Source: Solirubrobacteraceae bacterium
GTDB lineage: Bacteria; Actinomycetota; Thermoleophilia; Solirubrobacterales; Solirubrobacteraceae
Length of the DNA stretch: 48,093 nt
Direction of reading: 5' to 3'
NCBI GenBank assembly: GCA_036565205.1
Contig: DATCNP010000185.1
Span: 1 to 48,093, forward strand
The notes under the pieces are model-generated. The model saw only the letters and a program-made list of their open reading frames with translations, was not told the DNA's origin and did no database searches. Below, in pieces: positions 1-8,985 of the stretch (position 1 is its first letter; each line of letters starts with the position of its first letter). Position numbers and translations under genes: made by a program.

Positions 1-1
1 G

Positions 2-517
2 AGCGAGGGCGCGACCGGGCGGGCCGAGCGGGTCGATCTGGCTGCTCTGGTGGGCGACTGCATCACCGACCTGCGCGCCCGCGCGCGTGACGCGCGGATC
101 GAGGTCCACGACTCGCTCGAGCCGGCCTGGACGCGCGGGGAGCCCGGCCTGCTCGAGCGGCTGATCGCCAACCTGCTCGACAACGGCATCCGCCACAACG
201 GGGAGGGCGGCGAGCTCGAAGTCGGAGTCCGGGTGAGCGATGGATGGGCTGTGCTCGAAATCGCCAACGGTGGCCCCCGGATCGATCCCGCCGACGCGGC
301 GGCGCTGACCGAGCCGTTCCGGCGCCTGCGCCGCTCGGGCGAGGGCTTCGGGCTCGGTCTCTCGATCGTCCGCTCCGTGGCCGAGGCACACGGCGGCACC
401 GTCCAGCTCAGCGCTCCCGAGGCCGGGGGCCTGCGAGTGCGGGTCCTGCTGCCCGCGGACAGGGCGCCGCGGAATGTTGAGCTTGAGTCAAGCTCCGCTG
501 CCCTTACGCGGAGCTGA
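2..517 (+). CDS. Sensor histidine kinase, C-terminal HATPase domain (5'-truncated by window edge)
   Basis: Frame open from position 2. N-box LIANLLDNGIRHN, G1-like IANGGPRI, F-box EPFRR, G2 GFGLGLSIV. Confidence 0.9.
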   Translation, partial: SEGATGRAERVDLAALVGDCITDLRARARDARIEVHDSLEPAWTRGEPGLLERLIANLLDNGIRHNGEGGELEVGVRVSDGWAVLEIANGGPRIDPADAAALTEPFRRLRRSGEGFGLGLSIVRSVAEAHGGTVQLSAPEAGGLRVRVLLPADRAPRNVELESSSAALTRS

Positions 518-545
518 CGGCCCTCTCGCTACAACCGGACGGGCG

Positions 546-1169
546 ATGCCCTTCGACGCCCGATCTATTAGCCGCCTTGTGCAGGCCGGTGCGCTGGCCT
601 GCCTGTTGGCGCTTTTGCTCGCGGCGTGCGGGTCCTCATCCTCGAGCAGCAGCACGGCCGCGGCGGCCGGCGCCGGCGGCGGCACGACGGGCTCGGCTGC
701 TCAGGCCCGCCTCAACTTCGCCAAGTGCATGCGGGCTCACGGGGTCAACGTGCCCGACCCCTCGGCGAACGGAGGACCGCCGGGCGGCCCGGGCGGCCCG
801 GGCGGCGGCGGCTTCCGCGCCCTGCGGTCGAGCCCCAACTTCACCCCGGCGTTCACGGCGTGTCGGAAGCTGCTCGGTGGCGCGGGTGGATTCGGGAACC
901 TCACTCCCGCCCAGCGCGCCCAGTTCCGCCAACAGCTGGTCAAGTTCGCCGAGTGCATGCGCTCGCACAACATCAACATCCCCGATCCGAGCACCAGCGG
1001 CGGCGGAGGGTTCGGAATCTTCCGGCAGATCCCTCAGAGCGAGCGCAACAGCCCGGCATTCCAGACCGCGCTGAAGTCGTGCTCCGGGGTGCTGCCGAGA
1101 TTTGGCCGCGGCGGCGGTCCCGGCGGCGGCCCCGGCGGCGGGCCCCCACCCAGCGGTTCGAGTGCCTGA
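546..1169 (+). CDS. Uncharacterised lipoprotein with two FAxCMRxHxxxxPDP repeats
   Basis: ATG at 546. Lipobox LLLAAC, then Ser/Gly linker. Repeats FAKCMRAHGVNVPDP...AFTAC and FAECMRSHNINIPDP...ALKSC. Confidence 0.8.
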   Translation: MPFDARSISRLVQAGALACLLALLLAACGSSSSSSSTAAAAGAGGGTTGSAAQARLNFAKCMRAHGVNVPDPSANGGPPGGPGGPGGGGFRALRSSPNFTPAFTACRKLLGGAGGFGNLTPAQRAQFRQQLVKFAECMRSHNINIPDPSTSGGGGFGIFRQIPQSERNSPAFQTALKSCSGVLPRFGRGGGPGGGPGGGPPPSGSSA

Positions 1170-2739
1170 CGGCCGGCGGCGCCGAGTCGTCGCGGCCTTC
1201 GGGGCGATCGCGCTCGTCGCGGTCGCGATTGGCGCGATCGTCAGCGCAGAGCTGCCGAGCTCGAGTCAGGGCGCCGGCCGCACCGCCGCCTCCTCGGGCA
1301 CGTCCACGGTTCAGCGGCGCGATCTGATCGCCACCGACACCGAGTCCGGAACCCTCGGCTACGCCGACCCGCAGACCGTATTCAACCGGCTCAGCGGCAC
1401 GATCACCGCGCTGCCGGCGGTCGGGCACGTGGTCGAGCCGGGACAGACTCTGTACAGGGTCGACGGCGCCCCGGTCGTCCTGCTCGACGGCACCGTGCCG
1501 GCCTACCGCAGCCTGTCGGAGGGCGTCAGCGCCGGCGCGGACGTGATGCAGCTGAAGCGCGACCTCGTCGCTCTCGGGTTCGATTCCGGCCACCAGATCA
1601 CGATCAACGACAGCTTCGACGCCGCGACCACCGCCGCGGTCGACCGCTGGCAGGGGTCGCTGGGACAGACGCAGACCGGCGTCGTGACCCTTGGTCAGAT
1701 CGTGTTCCTCCCCGGGGCCCAGCGGGTCACCTCGATCAGCGCGGCCCTGGGATCGACCGGTGGCTCCTCCGGGTCCGGCGCCGCGGCCTCGGGCGCCGCC
1801 ACCGGCGCGAGCACGGCCGTGGTCGCTCCTCGTCCGGAGTTCGTCGCGCTGACTACAACCTCATCCACAGCCACCACGACCACGCAGACGAGCACCACGC
1901 CGACGACGCCGCAGACCACGACAGCACCCAGGCCGACGAGCAAGCGTCCCGGCCCCGGCTCGAGCTCGAAGGCGTCGGGCAAAACGCCCACCTCCGAGGC
2001 GGTCCTGCTCGCGCTGCTCCAGGCCGAGGTCATCGAGCTCAAGAAGGAGCTGGCGGCCGGGGGGTCCTCGCGCTCAGCGGGCGCCGGCGCGAGTGCGAGC
2101 GGCGGTGGCACGACCCGCTCGGGCTCCGGCGGCGGTGGCGGGTCGACGAGCGCCGCGAACGCGAGCGTGGGCGCGGCGAGCACCGCGAACACGAGCGCTT
2201 CCGGTTCGGGTGCCGCCACCGCCCAGCCGATTCTTCAGACGACTTCGAACAAGCTCGTCGTGACCGTCGACCTCGATGCGACCAAGCAGAGCGAGGCTGT
2301 CGTCGGCGAGCCGGTCAGCGTGCAGCTCCCGAGCGGCCGCACGGTCGGCGGGCGGATCACCGCAGTGAGCGCGGTGGCCCAGAGCACGAGCAGCTCCGCG
2401 AGCTCGAGCTCCGCGGCCTCGGGGTCCGGCACCGGGAGCGGCTCGAGCGCTCCTTCCGCGACGATTCCGGTGACGATCGACGTGACCGGCGCTCACGGGC
2501 TGAAGGGCCTGGACCAGGCCGCGGTCAGCGTCAATTTCCAGCAGCAGGTGCAGCGCAGCGTGCTCTCGGTCCCGGTCAGCGCACTGCTCGCGACCGCCGG
2601 CGGCGGCTACGCCGTCCAGGAGGTCGCGGTGCCGCACCGGCTGATCCCCGTGACGCCGGGGCTGTTCGCGGCCGGCTTCGTGCAGATCTCGGGCGCGCAG
2701 GTCGTCCCCGGCCTGCAGGTCACCGACTCCCAGGGATGA
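1162..2739 (+). CDS. Membrane-fusion/periplasmic adaptor-like protein with peptidoglycan-binding domain
   Basis: GTG at 1162 overlaps the upstream stop. N-terminal TM, lipoyl-like GTITALPAVGHVVEPGQTLY, PG-binding GADVMQLKRDLVALGF...AVDRWQ, long Ser/Thr/Gly insert. Directly precedes ABC genes. Confidence 0.8.
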   Translation: MPDGRRRRVVAAFGAIALVAVAIGAIVSAELPSSSQGAGRTAASSGTSTVQRRDLIATDTESGTLGYADPQTVFNRLSGTITALPAVGHVVEPGQTLYRVDGAPVVLLDGTVPAYRSLSEGVSAGADVMQLKRDLVALGFDSGHQITINDSFDAATTAAVDRWQGSLGQTQTGVVTLGQIVFLPGAQRVTSISAALGSTGGSSGSGAAASGAATGASTAVVAPRPEFVALTTTSSTATTTTQTSTTPTTPQTTTAPRPTSKRPGPGSSSKASGKTPTSEAVLLALLQAEVIELKKELAAGGSSRSAGAGASASGGGTTRSGSGGGGGSTSAANASVGAASTANTSASGSGAATAQPILQTTSNKLVVTVDLDATKQSEAVVGEPVSVQLPSGRTVGGRITAVSAVAQSTSSSASSSSAASGSGTGSGSSAPSATIPVTIDVTGAHGLKGLDQAAVSVNFQQQVQRSVLSVPVSALLATAGGGYAVQEVAVPHRLIPVTPGLFAAGFVQISGAQVVPGLQVTDSQG

Positions 2740-3443
2740 GCCCGGACCCAGGCGACGCGAGGGCACCCGCCGGCGCCAGCCTGCAGATGCGCGATGTTGT
2801 GAAGAGCTACGCCGGCGGGGTCGACGCGCTGCGGGGCGTAACGGTCGAGATCGAAACGGGCGAGCAGGTGGCGATAGTCGGACCGTCGGGCTCGGGCAAG
2901 ACGACGATGCTGACGATCCTGGGCACGCTCGAGCGCCCGAGTGGAGGCGCGGTCACGGTCGCCGGTCGCGACGCGGTCCACGCCTCCGACGCCGAGCTTT
3001 CGGGCTTGCGCGCGCACGAGATCGGCTTCGTCTTCCAGGGCTTCCACCTCCAGGAGTCGATGACCGCGGTCGACAACGTCGCCAACGGCATGCTCTATAC
3101 AGGCGCGCCGCTGCGCGAGCGCCGCGCCGCCGCGCGAGTCGCGCTCGAGGACGTGGGCCTCGGAGGCCGCCTCGACCACCGTCCCAAGCAGCTCTCGGGC
3201 GGCGAGCGCCAGCGGGTCGCGATCGCTCGCGCGCTGGCCAAGCAGCCGACGATCATCCTCGCCGACGAGCCGACGGGCAACCTCGACAGCCGCTCGGGCT
3301 CCGAGGTGATCTCGCTGCTTCACGAGCTCGCGGCCGGCGGCGCGACGTTGATGCTGATCACGCACGACGAACACGTGGCCGAGACGTTCCCGCGGCGGAT
3401 CCAGATGCGCGACGGCGAGCTCGTAGGAGACGAGCGGCGGTGA
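2736..3443 (+). CDS. ABC transporter ATP-binding protein (MacB/LolD family)
   Basis: Walker A GPSGSGKT, signature [15 protein letters not shown], Walker [16 protein letters not shown] overlap with upstream gene. Confidence 0.95.
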   Translation: MSPDPGDARAPAGASLQMRDVVKSYAGGVDALRGVTVEIETGEQVAIVGPSGSGKTTMLTILGTLERPSGGAVTVAGRDAVHASDAELSGLRAHEIGFVFQGFHLQESMTAVDNVANGMLYTGAPLRERRAAARVALEDVGLGGRLDHRPKQLSGGERQRVAIARALAKQPTIILADEPTGNLDSRSGSEVISLLHELAAGGATLMLITHDEHVAETFPRRIQMRDGELVGDERR

Positions 3444-4681
3444 GCGTCGCCGCGCTGCGAGCGCCTCGCGGCCAGCGCCCGAACGCCGGCCGCGAGACGG
3501 CCCGCGTCTCTGCGCGGGAGCTGCTCTGGGTGGCGCTCCAGGGGCTGCGTACGCGCACTCTGCGGGCCGCCCTGTCGGCGCTCGGGATCGCGATCGGGAT
3601 CGGCGCGATGGTCGCCGTCGTCGGAGTCTCGGCCTCGAGCCAGGCGACGCTGCTGGCGACGATCGACAGGCTGGGCACGAACCTCCTGACCGTCACCCCG
3701 GGAACTACCTTCCTGGGTTCCAACGAGGTGCTGCCCTCCACCGCGGTGGCTTCGATCCACCATGCGGTGGGCGTGGAGCGAGCCTCCGCCGTGTACCAGG
3801 TGACGAACGTGAGCGTGCTGCGAACGCCGTATGTGCCCTCGGAGCAGACCGGCGGGATCGGCGTCGACGCCGCCGACACAGGTCTGCTGAAAGCGCTCGG
3901 CGCCGGGCTGGCGTCAGGACACTTCCTCGGTCCCGCGAGCGATCGGTTCCCGACGGTCGTGCTTGGCGCTCAGGCCGCCAGCACGCTCCAGATTGGCCAC
4001 GTCGCGGGTCATATCCAGGTGTTCCTCGGAGGTAACTGGTTCAACGTGATCGGCGTCATGAATCCGGTGATCCTCGATCCGAGCCTCGACAGCACGGCAT
4101 TCATCGGGCTCCCCGTCGCGCAGCGGCTGTTCCAGACCCAGCCGAATCCGTCCGAGGTCTACGTTCGCGCCAACATCAAGCGCGTGACCCAGGTCGCGAG
4201 CCTGCTCGGCCCGACCGCGGACGCGCAGAACCCCGACGGAGTCCAGGTCAGCCGGCCGTCGGACGCGCTCGAGGCGCGAGCCGCCGCGAAGGGGCAGTTC
4301 ACGACGCTGCTGTTGGCCCTCGGTGCCGTCGCGCTGCTCGTGGGGGCGATCGGGATCGCCAACATCATGGTCATCTCGGTGCTCGAGCGCAGGGGGGAAA
4401 TAGGGCTCCGGCGCGCGCTCGGGGCCACGCGACGGCACATCAGCTCGCAGTTCCTCGCCGAGTCGGCGCTCCTGGCCGCGTTCGGCGGACTCGCTGGGCT
4501 GGCCCTCGGAGCCCTCGCGACCTGGGTCTACTCGCTCTCGCAGAGCCAGCCGATGGTGATCCCGACGTATGCCCTGATTGCCGCGCCGGCGGCCGGCCTG
4601 GCGATCGGCATGCTCGCCGGCCTGTATCCGGCGGCCAAGGCGGCGCGTCTGAGTCCGACCGAGGCGCTGAGGGCGTCGTAG
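3440..4681 (+). CDS. ABC transporter permease (MacB/FtsX family)
   Basis: LSALGIAIGI TM1, large extracytoplasmic domain, GIANIMVISVLERRGEIGLRRALGA, C-terminal PAAKAARLSPTEALR. Confidence 0.95.
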   Translation: MSVAALRAPRGQRPNAGRETARVSARELLWVALQGLRTRTLRAALSALGIAIGIGAMVAVVGVSASSQATLLATIDRLGTNLLTVTPGTTFLGSNEVLPSTAVASIHHAVGVERASAVYQVTNVSVLRTPYVPSEQTGGIGVDAADTGLLKALGAGLASGHFLGPASDRFPTVVLGAQAASTLQIGHVAGHIQVFLGGNWFNVIGVMNPVILDPSLDSTAFIGLPVAQRLFQTQPNPSEVYVRANIKRVTQVASLLGPTADAQNPDGVQVSRPSDALEARAAAKGQFTTLLLALGAVALLVGAIGIANIMVISVLERRGEIGLRRALGATRRHISSQFLAESALLAAFGGLAGLALGALATWVYSLSQSQPMVIPTYALIAAPAAGLAIGMLAGLYPAAKAARLSPTEALRAS

Positions 4682-4993
4682 CTTTACGCAGATTCGACAC
4701 CCGAGTTCGTAGGCTCGTCCGATGTCGAGCCAACGGCCCTGGATCGGGAACGATCGGCGGCGAAACGGGGGACTACCCCGACCTCCGCTCGCCTGTCAGC
4801 TCCGACGTCCGTTGTTCGGCTGCGACGAAAGTGCGCCTCGTCGCGCGCGGAAGCCTCCCTTTTCCGCAGCCTGGGGTATCGGCGGCGGCCTGGGCAGATG
4901 TCTGAGCCTAGGCATGCCCGCCGGTCCTCGGGATCGCGACTGGCGTCCGTCGCCGCACGGTCGCGCCTGAGGCGCCGGGGGGTCGCGTCCGTC

Positions 4994-5008
4994 GGGTCGG
5001 GCCGACCC
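4994..5008. terminator. GC-rich hairpin just downstream of the carboxyltransferase stop (possible terminator)
   Basis: GGGTCG-GGC-CGACCC inverted repeat between convergent genes. No U-tract. Confidence 0.3.
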
Positions 5009-5016
5009 ACGCCGGG

Positions 5017-6843
5017 CTACCAGCTGTCGACGAACGGGCGCTTCTTACCCGGCCGGGCCCACCAGCCCTCGGCGCGCTCGTCGAACAGGGTCTCTATCCA
5101 GCGACGGGTGTCGGCAGGGTCGATCACGTCGTCGATCTCGAAGTAGGCGGCCATGTTGATGCCCTTGCCGCGCTCGTAGGCCGCGGCGACTGCCGCCTCG
5201 AACGCCCGCTCGCGCTCGTCCGCGTCCTCGATCGCGTCGAGCTCGCGGCGCATGCCAAGACGTACGGCTCCCTCCAGCCCCATCGCTCCGAACTCCGAGG
5301 TGGGCCAGGCGACGGTGAACTGCGGCGCCTTGAAGCCGCCGCCGGCCATCGCCTGTGCTCCGAGCCCGTAGCCCTTGCGCAGCACCACCGTCCCGACCGG
5401 GACCTCGAGGTTCGCGCCGGTCACGAACATGCGGCTGAAGTGCCGCACGGTCGCGGTCCGCTCGGCCGCCGGTCCGACCATGAACCCCGGCGTGTCGCAC
5501 AGGAACAGCAGCGGCAGCTCGAAGGCGTCGCAGAGCTGCATGAACCGCGCCGCCTTGTCGGCGCCGTGGGCGTCGATCGCGCCGCCGAGGTGCGAGGGGT
5601 CGTTGGCCACCACTCCCAGCGGGCGGCCCTCGACCCGCGCGAGCGCGGTCACAATCCCAAGCCCGAAGCCGCGGCGCAGCTCGAGCACCGAGCCCTCGTC
5701 GAACAGCCCGTCGACCACCGCCCGGACGTCGTAGATGCGCTTGCGGTTGGTCGGGATCAGGTTCCGGAGCTGGTCCTGGTCCGGGACGCTGGGAATCCCG
5801 CCGGGTGCGCCGCGGCGGAAGTAGGACAGGTAGCGCTTGGCCGCGGCGACCGCCTCGGCGTCGTCGGCGACGCGCAGGTCAACGACGCCGTTGGCGTTCT
5901 GGACGCCGATCGGGCCCACCTCCCGGGGCTCGAACACCCCGAGCCCGCCGCCCTCGATCATCGCCGGCCCACCCATCCCGATGCTCGAGTCCTCGGTCGC
6001 GATCACGACATCGCAGCACCCGAGCAACGCGGCGTTACCGGCGAAGCAGTAGCCCGAGGCGATCCCGATCAGCGGCACCAGCGCGCTCAGTCGCGCGAAC
6101 AGGTGAAAGGCGCGGCAGTCGAGTCCCGCGACGATCGGCATGTCGACGTCCCCCGGGCGTCCACCGCCACCCTCCGCGAACAGCACCACCGGCACGCGAC
6201 GGCGTTCGGCGAGCTCGAACAACCGGTCCTTCTTCATGTGGTTGCGCATCCCTTGTGTGCCAGCGAGGACCGTGTAGTCGTAGGACATGACCACGCACGG
6301 TTGTCCGTCGACGTTCCCCACGCCGCCGACGAGGCCGTCGGCCGGAGTGCGCTCGATCAGCTCCTGCTTGGAGCGCCGCTGCTCCTGGGCGGCGAACATC
6401 AGCGGTCCGTACTCGACGAACGTTCCCTCGTCGACGAGTTCCGAGAGGTTTTCCCGCGCCGTGCGGCGCGCGCGGTCGCGGCGGCGCTTCACAGCCTCGG
6501 GACGGGCCGCGTCGAGTCCGATCGCGTGGCGCTCGCTGACCGCCTCGAGGTCGGGTCTCGTGCCGTCCTGGTCCGGCTCGGACCCTTGTTCGCGCGCCGC
6601 TCCGTCCCGCGCCCGGCCGCCGTCACCGGGAGCGAGCACAGCGAGCAGCTGGCCCTCCTCGACGGCGTCTCCGACTGCCACCTCGAGCGTGCTGACGACG
6701 CCGTCGCGCTCGGCCACGACCTCGTGCTCCATCTTCATCGCCTCGAGCACGATCACCGCCGCTCCCGCCCTGACCGCCTCGTCCGCGCCATGGGCGATCG
6801 CGATCACCGTGCCCGAGAAGGGAGCCAGGAGCTCGTCTGCCAT
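5017..6843 (-). CDS. Biotin carboxyl carrier + carboxyltransferase fusion (acyl-CoA carboxylase family, no biotin carboxylase domain)
   Basis: ATG at 6843 (MADELLAPFSGTV). Biotinylation motif EAMKM. CT motifs DYTVLAGTQG, EGGGGRPGD, CDTPGFMVG, RKGYGLGAQAM. 608 aa. Confidence 0.9.
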   Translation of the reverse strand: MADELLAPFSGTVIAIAHGADEAVRAGAAVIVLEAMKMEHEVVAERDGVVSTLEVAVGDAVEEGQLLAVLAPGDGGRARDGAAREQGSEPDQDGTRPDLEAVSERHAIGLDAARPEAVKRRRDRARRTARENLSELVDEGTFVEYGPLMFAAQEQRRSKQELIERTPADGLVGGVGNVDGQPCVVMSYDYTVLAGTQGMRNHMKKDRLFELAERRRVPVVLFAEGGGGRPGDVDMPIVAGLDCRAFHLFARLSALVPLIGIASGYCFAGNAALLGCCDVVIATEDSSIGMGGPAMIEGGGLGVFEPREVGPIGVQNANGVVDLRVADDAEAVAAAKRYLSYFRRGAPGGIPSVPDQDQLRNLIPTNRKRIYDVRAVVDGLFDEGSVLELRRGFGLGIVTALARVEGRPLGVVANDPSHLGGAIDAHGADKAARFMQLCDAFELPLLFLCDTPGFMVGPAAERTATVRHFSRMFVTGANLEVPVGTVVLRKGYGLGAQAMAGGGFKAPQFTVAWPTSEFGAMGLEGAVRLGMRRELDAIEDADERERAFEAAVAAAYERGKGINMAAYFEIDDVIDPADTRRWIETLFDERAEGWWARPGKKRPFVDSW

Positions 6844-6870
6844 CCGGGGATCATCGCGTACGCTGCGACC
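6844..6870. promoter_or_regulatory. Overlapping divergent leaderless promoters
   Basis: Plus strand: TACGCT (6859-6864), 6 nt, GTG. Minus strand: GATGAT, 6 nt, ATG. Only 27 bp separate the starts and neither has an RBS. Confidence 0.55.
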
Positions 6871-8835
6871 GTGGGTGATCGTGAACCCGAGCTCCTGTGG
6901 GAGCCGCCGGCCGAGCGGATGGAGCGTTCGACCCTGGTCCGCTACACGGAGTGGCTGCGTGAGCACCGCGGGCTGTCGTTTGACAGCTACGACGAGCTCT
7001 GGCAGTGGTCGGTCGGAGACCTGGACGGGTTCTGGGCCTCGGTCGCCGAGTTCTTCGAGATCCGCTTCTCCGAGGGTGGCGAGCAGGTGCTGGGAGACCG
7101 CTCGATGCCCGGAGCGGAGTGGTTCCCGGGCGCGCGTGTCAGCTTCGCCGAGCACGTCTTCCGCGGCAAGGACGATTCGGAGGTGGCGCTCCGCCATGCC
7201 TCAGAGCTGCGGGAGCTGGGGGAATGGACGTGGGGCGAGCTGCGCGCCCAGACGGCGGCGATCGCCGCCGGGTTGCGTGCGCTGGGCGTCGGCGAAGGCG
7301 ATCGCGTCGCGGCCTACATGCCGAACATCCCCGAGACCGTGGCTGCGTTCCTGGCCTGCGCGTCGATCGGCGCCACCTGGTCCTCGGCCGCCCCGGAGTT
7401 CGGCGCCCGCAGCGTGATCGACCGCTTCGCCCAGATCGAGCCCAAGGTGCTGCTGACGATCGATGGGTACCGCTACGGTGGCAAGGATTACGACCTCGGG
7501 GCGAACGTCGAGCGGATCGCCGGCGAGATTCCGGGCCTCGAGCGGACGGTGCGCTTCGGCTACCTCGACGGGAGCGGCTGGGAGGAAGGGTTCCTGGTCC
7601 GGGGGGAGGAGCTCGAGTTCGCGCAGCTGCCCTTCGACCATCCACTGTGGGTGCTCTACAGCTCGGGCACGACAGGCCTGCCGAAGCCGATCGTCCACGG
7701 CCAGGGCGGGATCCTGATCGAGCAGACCAAGAAGATGAACCTGCACCTCGACGCCAAGGCCGGAGACCGCGTGTTCTGGTTCTCGACCACCGGCTGGATG
7801 ATGTGGAACTTCCTCGTCGGCGTGCTGCTGACCGACGCCTCGATCGTGCTCTACGACGGCAACCCGGGGTTTCCGGATCTCGGGACGCTGTGGCAACTGG
7901 CCGACGACGCCGGGATCACCACCTTCGGCACCAGCGCGGCGTTCGTCGCCTCGTGCATGAAGGCCGGGGTCGAGCCGGGCGCGGGCCGCGATCTGAGCGC
8001 GCTCGGCGCCGTCGGGTCCACCGGCTCGCCTCTGTCCCCGGAGGGATTCCGCTGGATCTACGACCAGCTCGGCTCAGAGACGTGGCTGTTCTCGACCTCG
8101 GGCGGAACCGACATGTGCACGGCGTTCGTCGGCGGCGTGCCCACGCTGCCGGTCTACCTGGGTGAAATGCAGGCGCGCTGCCTGGGCGCGAGCGTGGAGT
8201 CGTGGGACCCTGAGGGCAAGCCGCTGATTGGTGAGGTAGGCGAGCTGGTGATCACCGAGCCGATGCCCTCGATGCCGATCTTCTTCTGGGGCGACGAGGA
8301 TGGCTCACGGCTGCGCGAGAGTTACTTCGACATGTTCCCCGGCGTCTGGCGCCACGGCGACTGGATCGAGATCACGTCGCGCGGCACCGCGATCATCTAC
8401 GGCCGGTCGGATTCGACGATCAACCGCGGCGGCGTGCGGATGGGGACGAGCGAGATCTACCGCGCCGTGCTCGCCGTCGACGGGGTGCTCGACGCGCTGG
8501 TCGTCGACGTCCCGGGGGCGGGGTCCGATCCCGCCTGGATGCCGCTGTTCGTCGTGCTGGCCGAGGGCGCCTCGCTCGACGATGAGCTCGTCGGGGAGAT
8601 CCGTCGCCGCATCCGCGAGGATTGCTCGCCGCGCCATGTGCCCGACGAGATCCGGCAGATCCCCGAGGTCCCGCGCACGCTGTCGGGCAAGGTGCTCGAG
8701 GTCCCGGTCAAGCGAATCCTCACCGGCACGCCGGTCGATGTCGCCGCCAGCCGCGAGTCGCTCGCGAACCCGGACGCGCTCGACTACTTCGTGGCACTGG
8801 CGTCCGGGGGCGAGTCCTCCCGGGGCGATTCGTAG
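6871..8835 (+). CDS. Acetoacetate--CoA ligase (acetoacetyl-CoA synthetase)
   Basis: GTG at 6871 (MGDREPELLWEP). AMP-binding loop YSSGTTGLPKPIVHG, STTGWMMWN, SGGTD, GRSDSTINRGGVRMGTSEIY, PRTLSGKVLEVPVK. 654 aa. Confidence 0.92.
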   Translation: MGDREPELLWEPPAERMERSTLVRYTEWLREHRGLSFDSYDELWQWSVGDLDGFWASVAEFFEIRFSEGGEQVLGDRSMPGAEWFPGARVSFAEHVFRGKDDSEVALRHASELRELGEWTWGELRAQTAAIAAGLRALGVGEGDRVAAYMPNIPETVAAFLACASIGATWSSAAPEFGARSVIDRFAQIEPKVLLTIDGYRYGGKDYDLGANVERIAGEIPGLERTVRFGYLDGSGWEEGFLVRGEELEFAQLPFDHPLWVLYSSGTTGLPKPIVHGQGGILIEQTKKMNLHLDAKAGDRVFWFSTTGWMMWNFLVGVLLTDASIVLYDGNPGFPDLGTLWQLADDAGITTFGTSAAFVASCMKAGVEPGAGRDLSALGAVGSTGSPLSPEGFRWIYDQLGSETWLFSTSGGTDMCTAFVGGVPTLPVYLGEMQARCLGASVESWDPEGKPLIGEVGELVITEPMPSMPIFFWGDEDGSRLRESYFDMFPGVWRHGDWIEITSRGTAIIYGRSDSTINRGGVRMGTSEIYRAVLAVDGVLDALVVDVPGAGSDPAWMPLFVVLAEGASLDDELVGEIRRRIREDCSPRHVPDEIRQIPEVPRTLSGKVLEVPVKRILTGTPVDVAASRESLANPDALDYFVALASGGESSRGDS

Positions 8836-8985
8836 CGCCGGCGCGTCGCAACTATGTGACGTTTCGGGGGCTCGGGGGGCGATGAGCGCCCGATCCGCCC
8901 TCTCTATGCGGAAGAGTGCGAGAAAAGGGCTGCATATCAATCACTATCTCGGAAGCTTCGGGTCGAGCCGGCTCGACGGGCCGCC

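Noticed and set aside
770-2460. GGC/CCG-rich and Ser/Thr repeats in the lipoprotein and adaptor genes
   Set aside because: Ordinary low-complexity Gly/Pro/Ser/Thr linkers, not independent repeat elements.
4684-5146. Small ORFs in the gap after the ABC permease
   Set aside because: Arg/Pro-rich shadow-like composition with no RBS or motifs.
5440-7197. Long N-terminal extensions making an 1131-aa ligase and a 726-aa carboxylase overlap
   Set aside because: Each extension is the antisense shadow of the other gene. Recognisable domains begin at 6871 (+) and 6843 (-).
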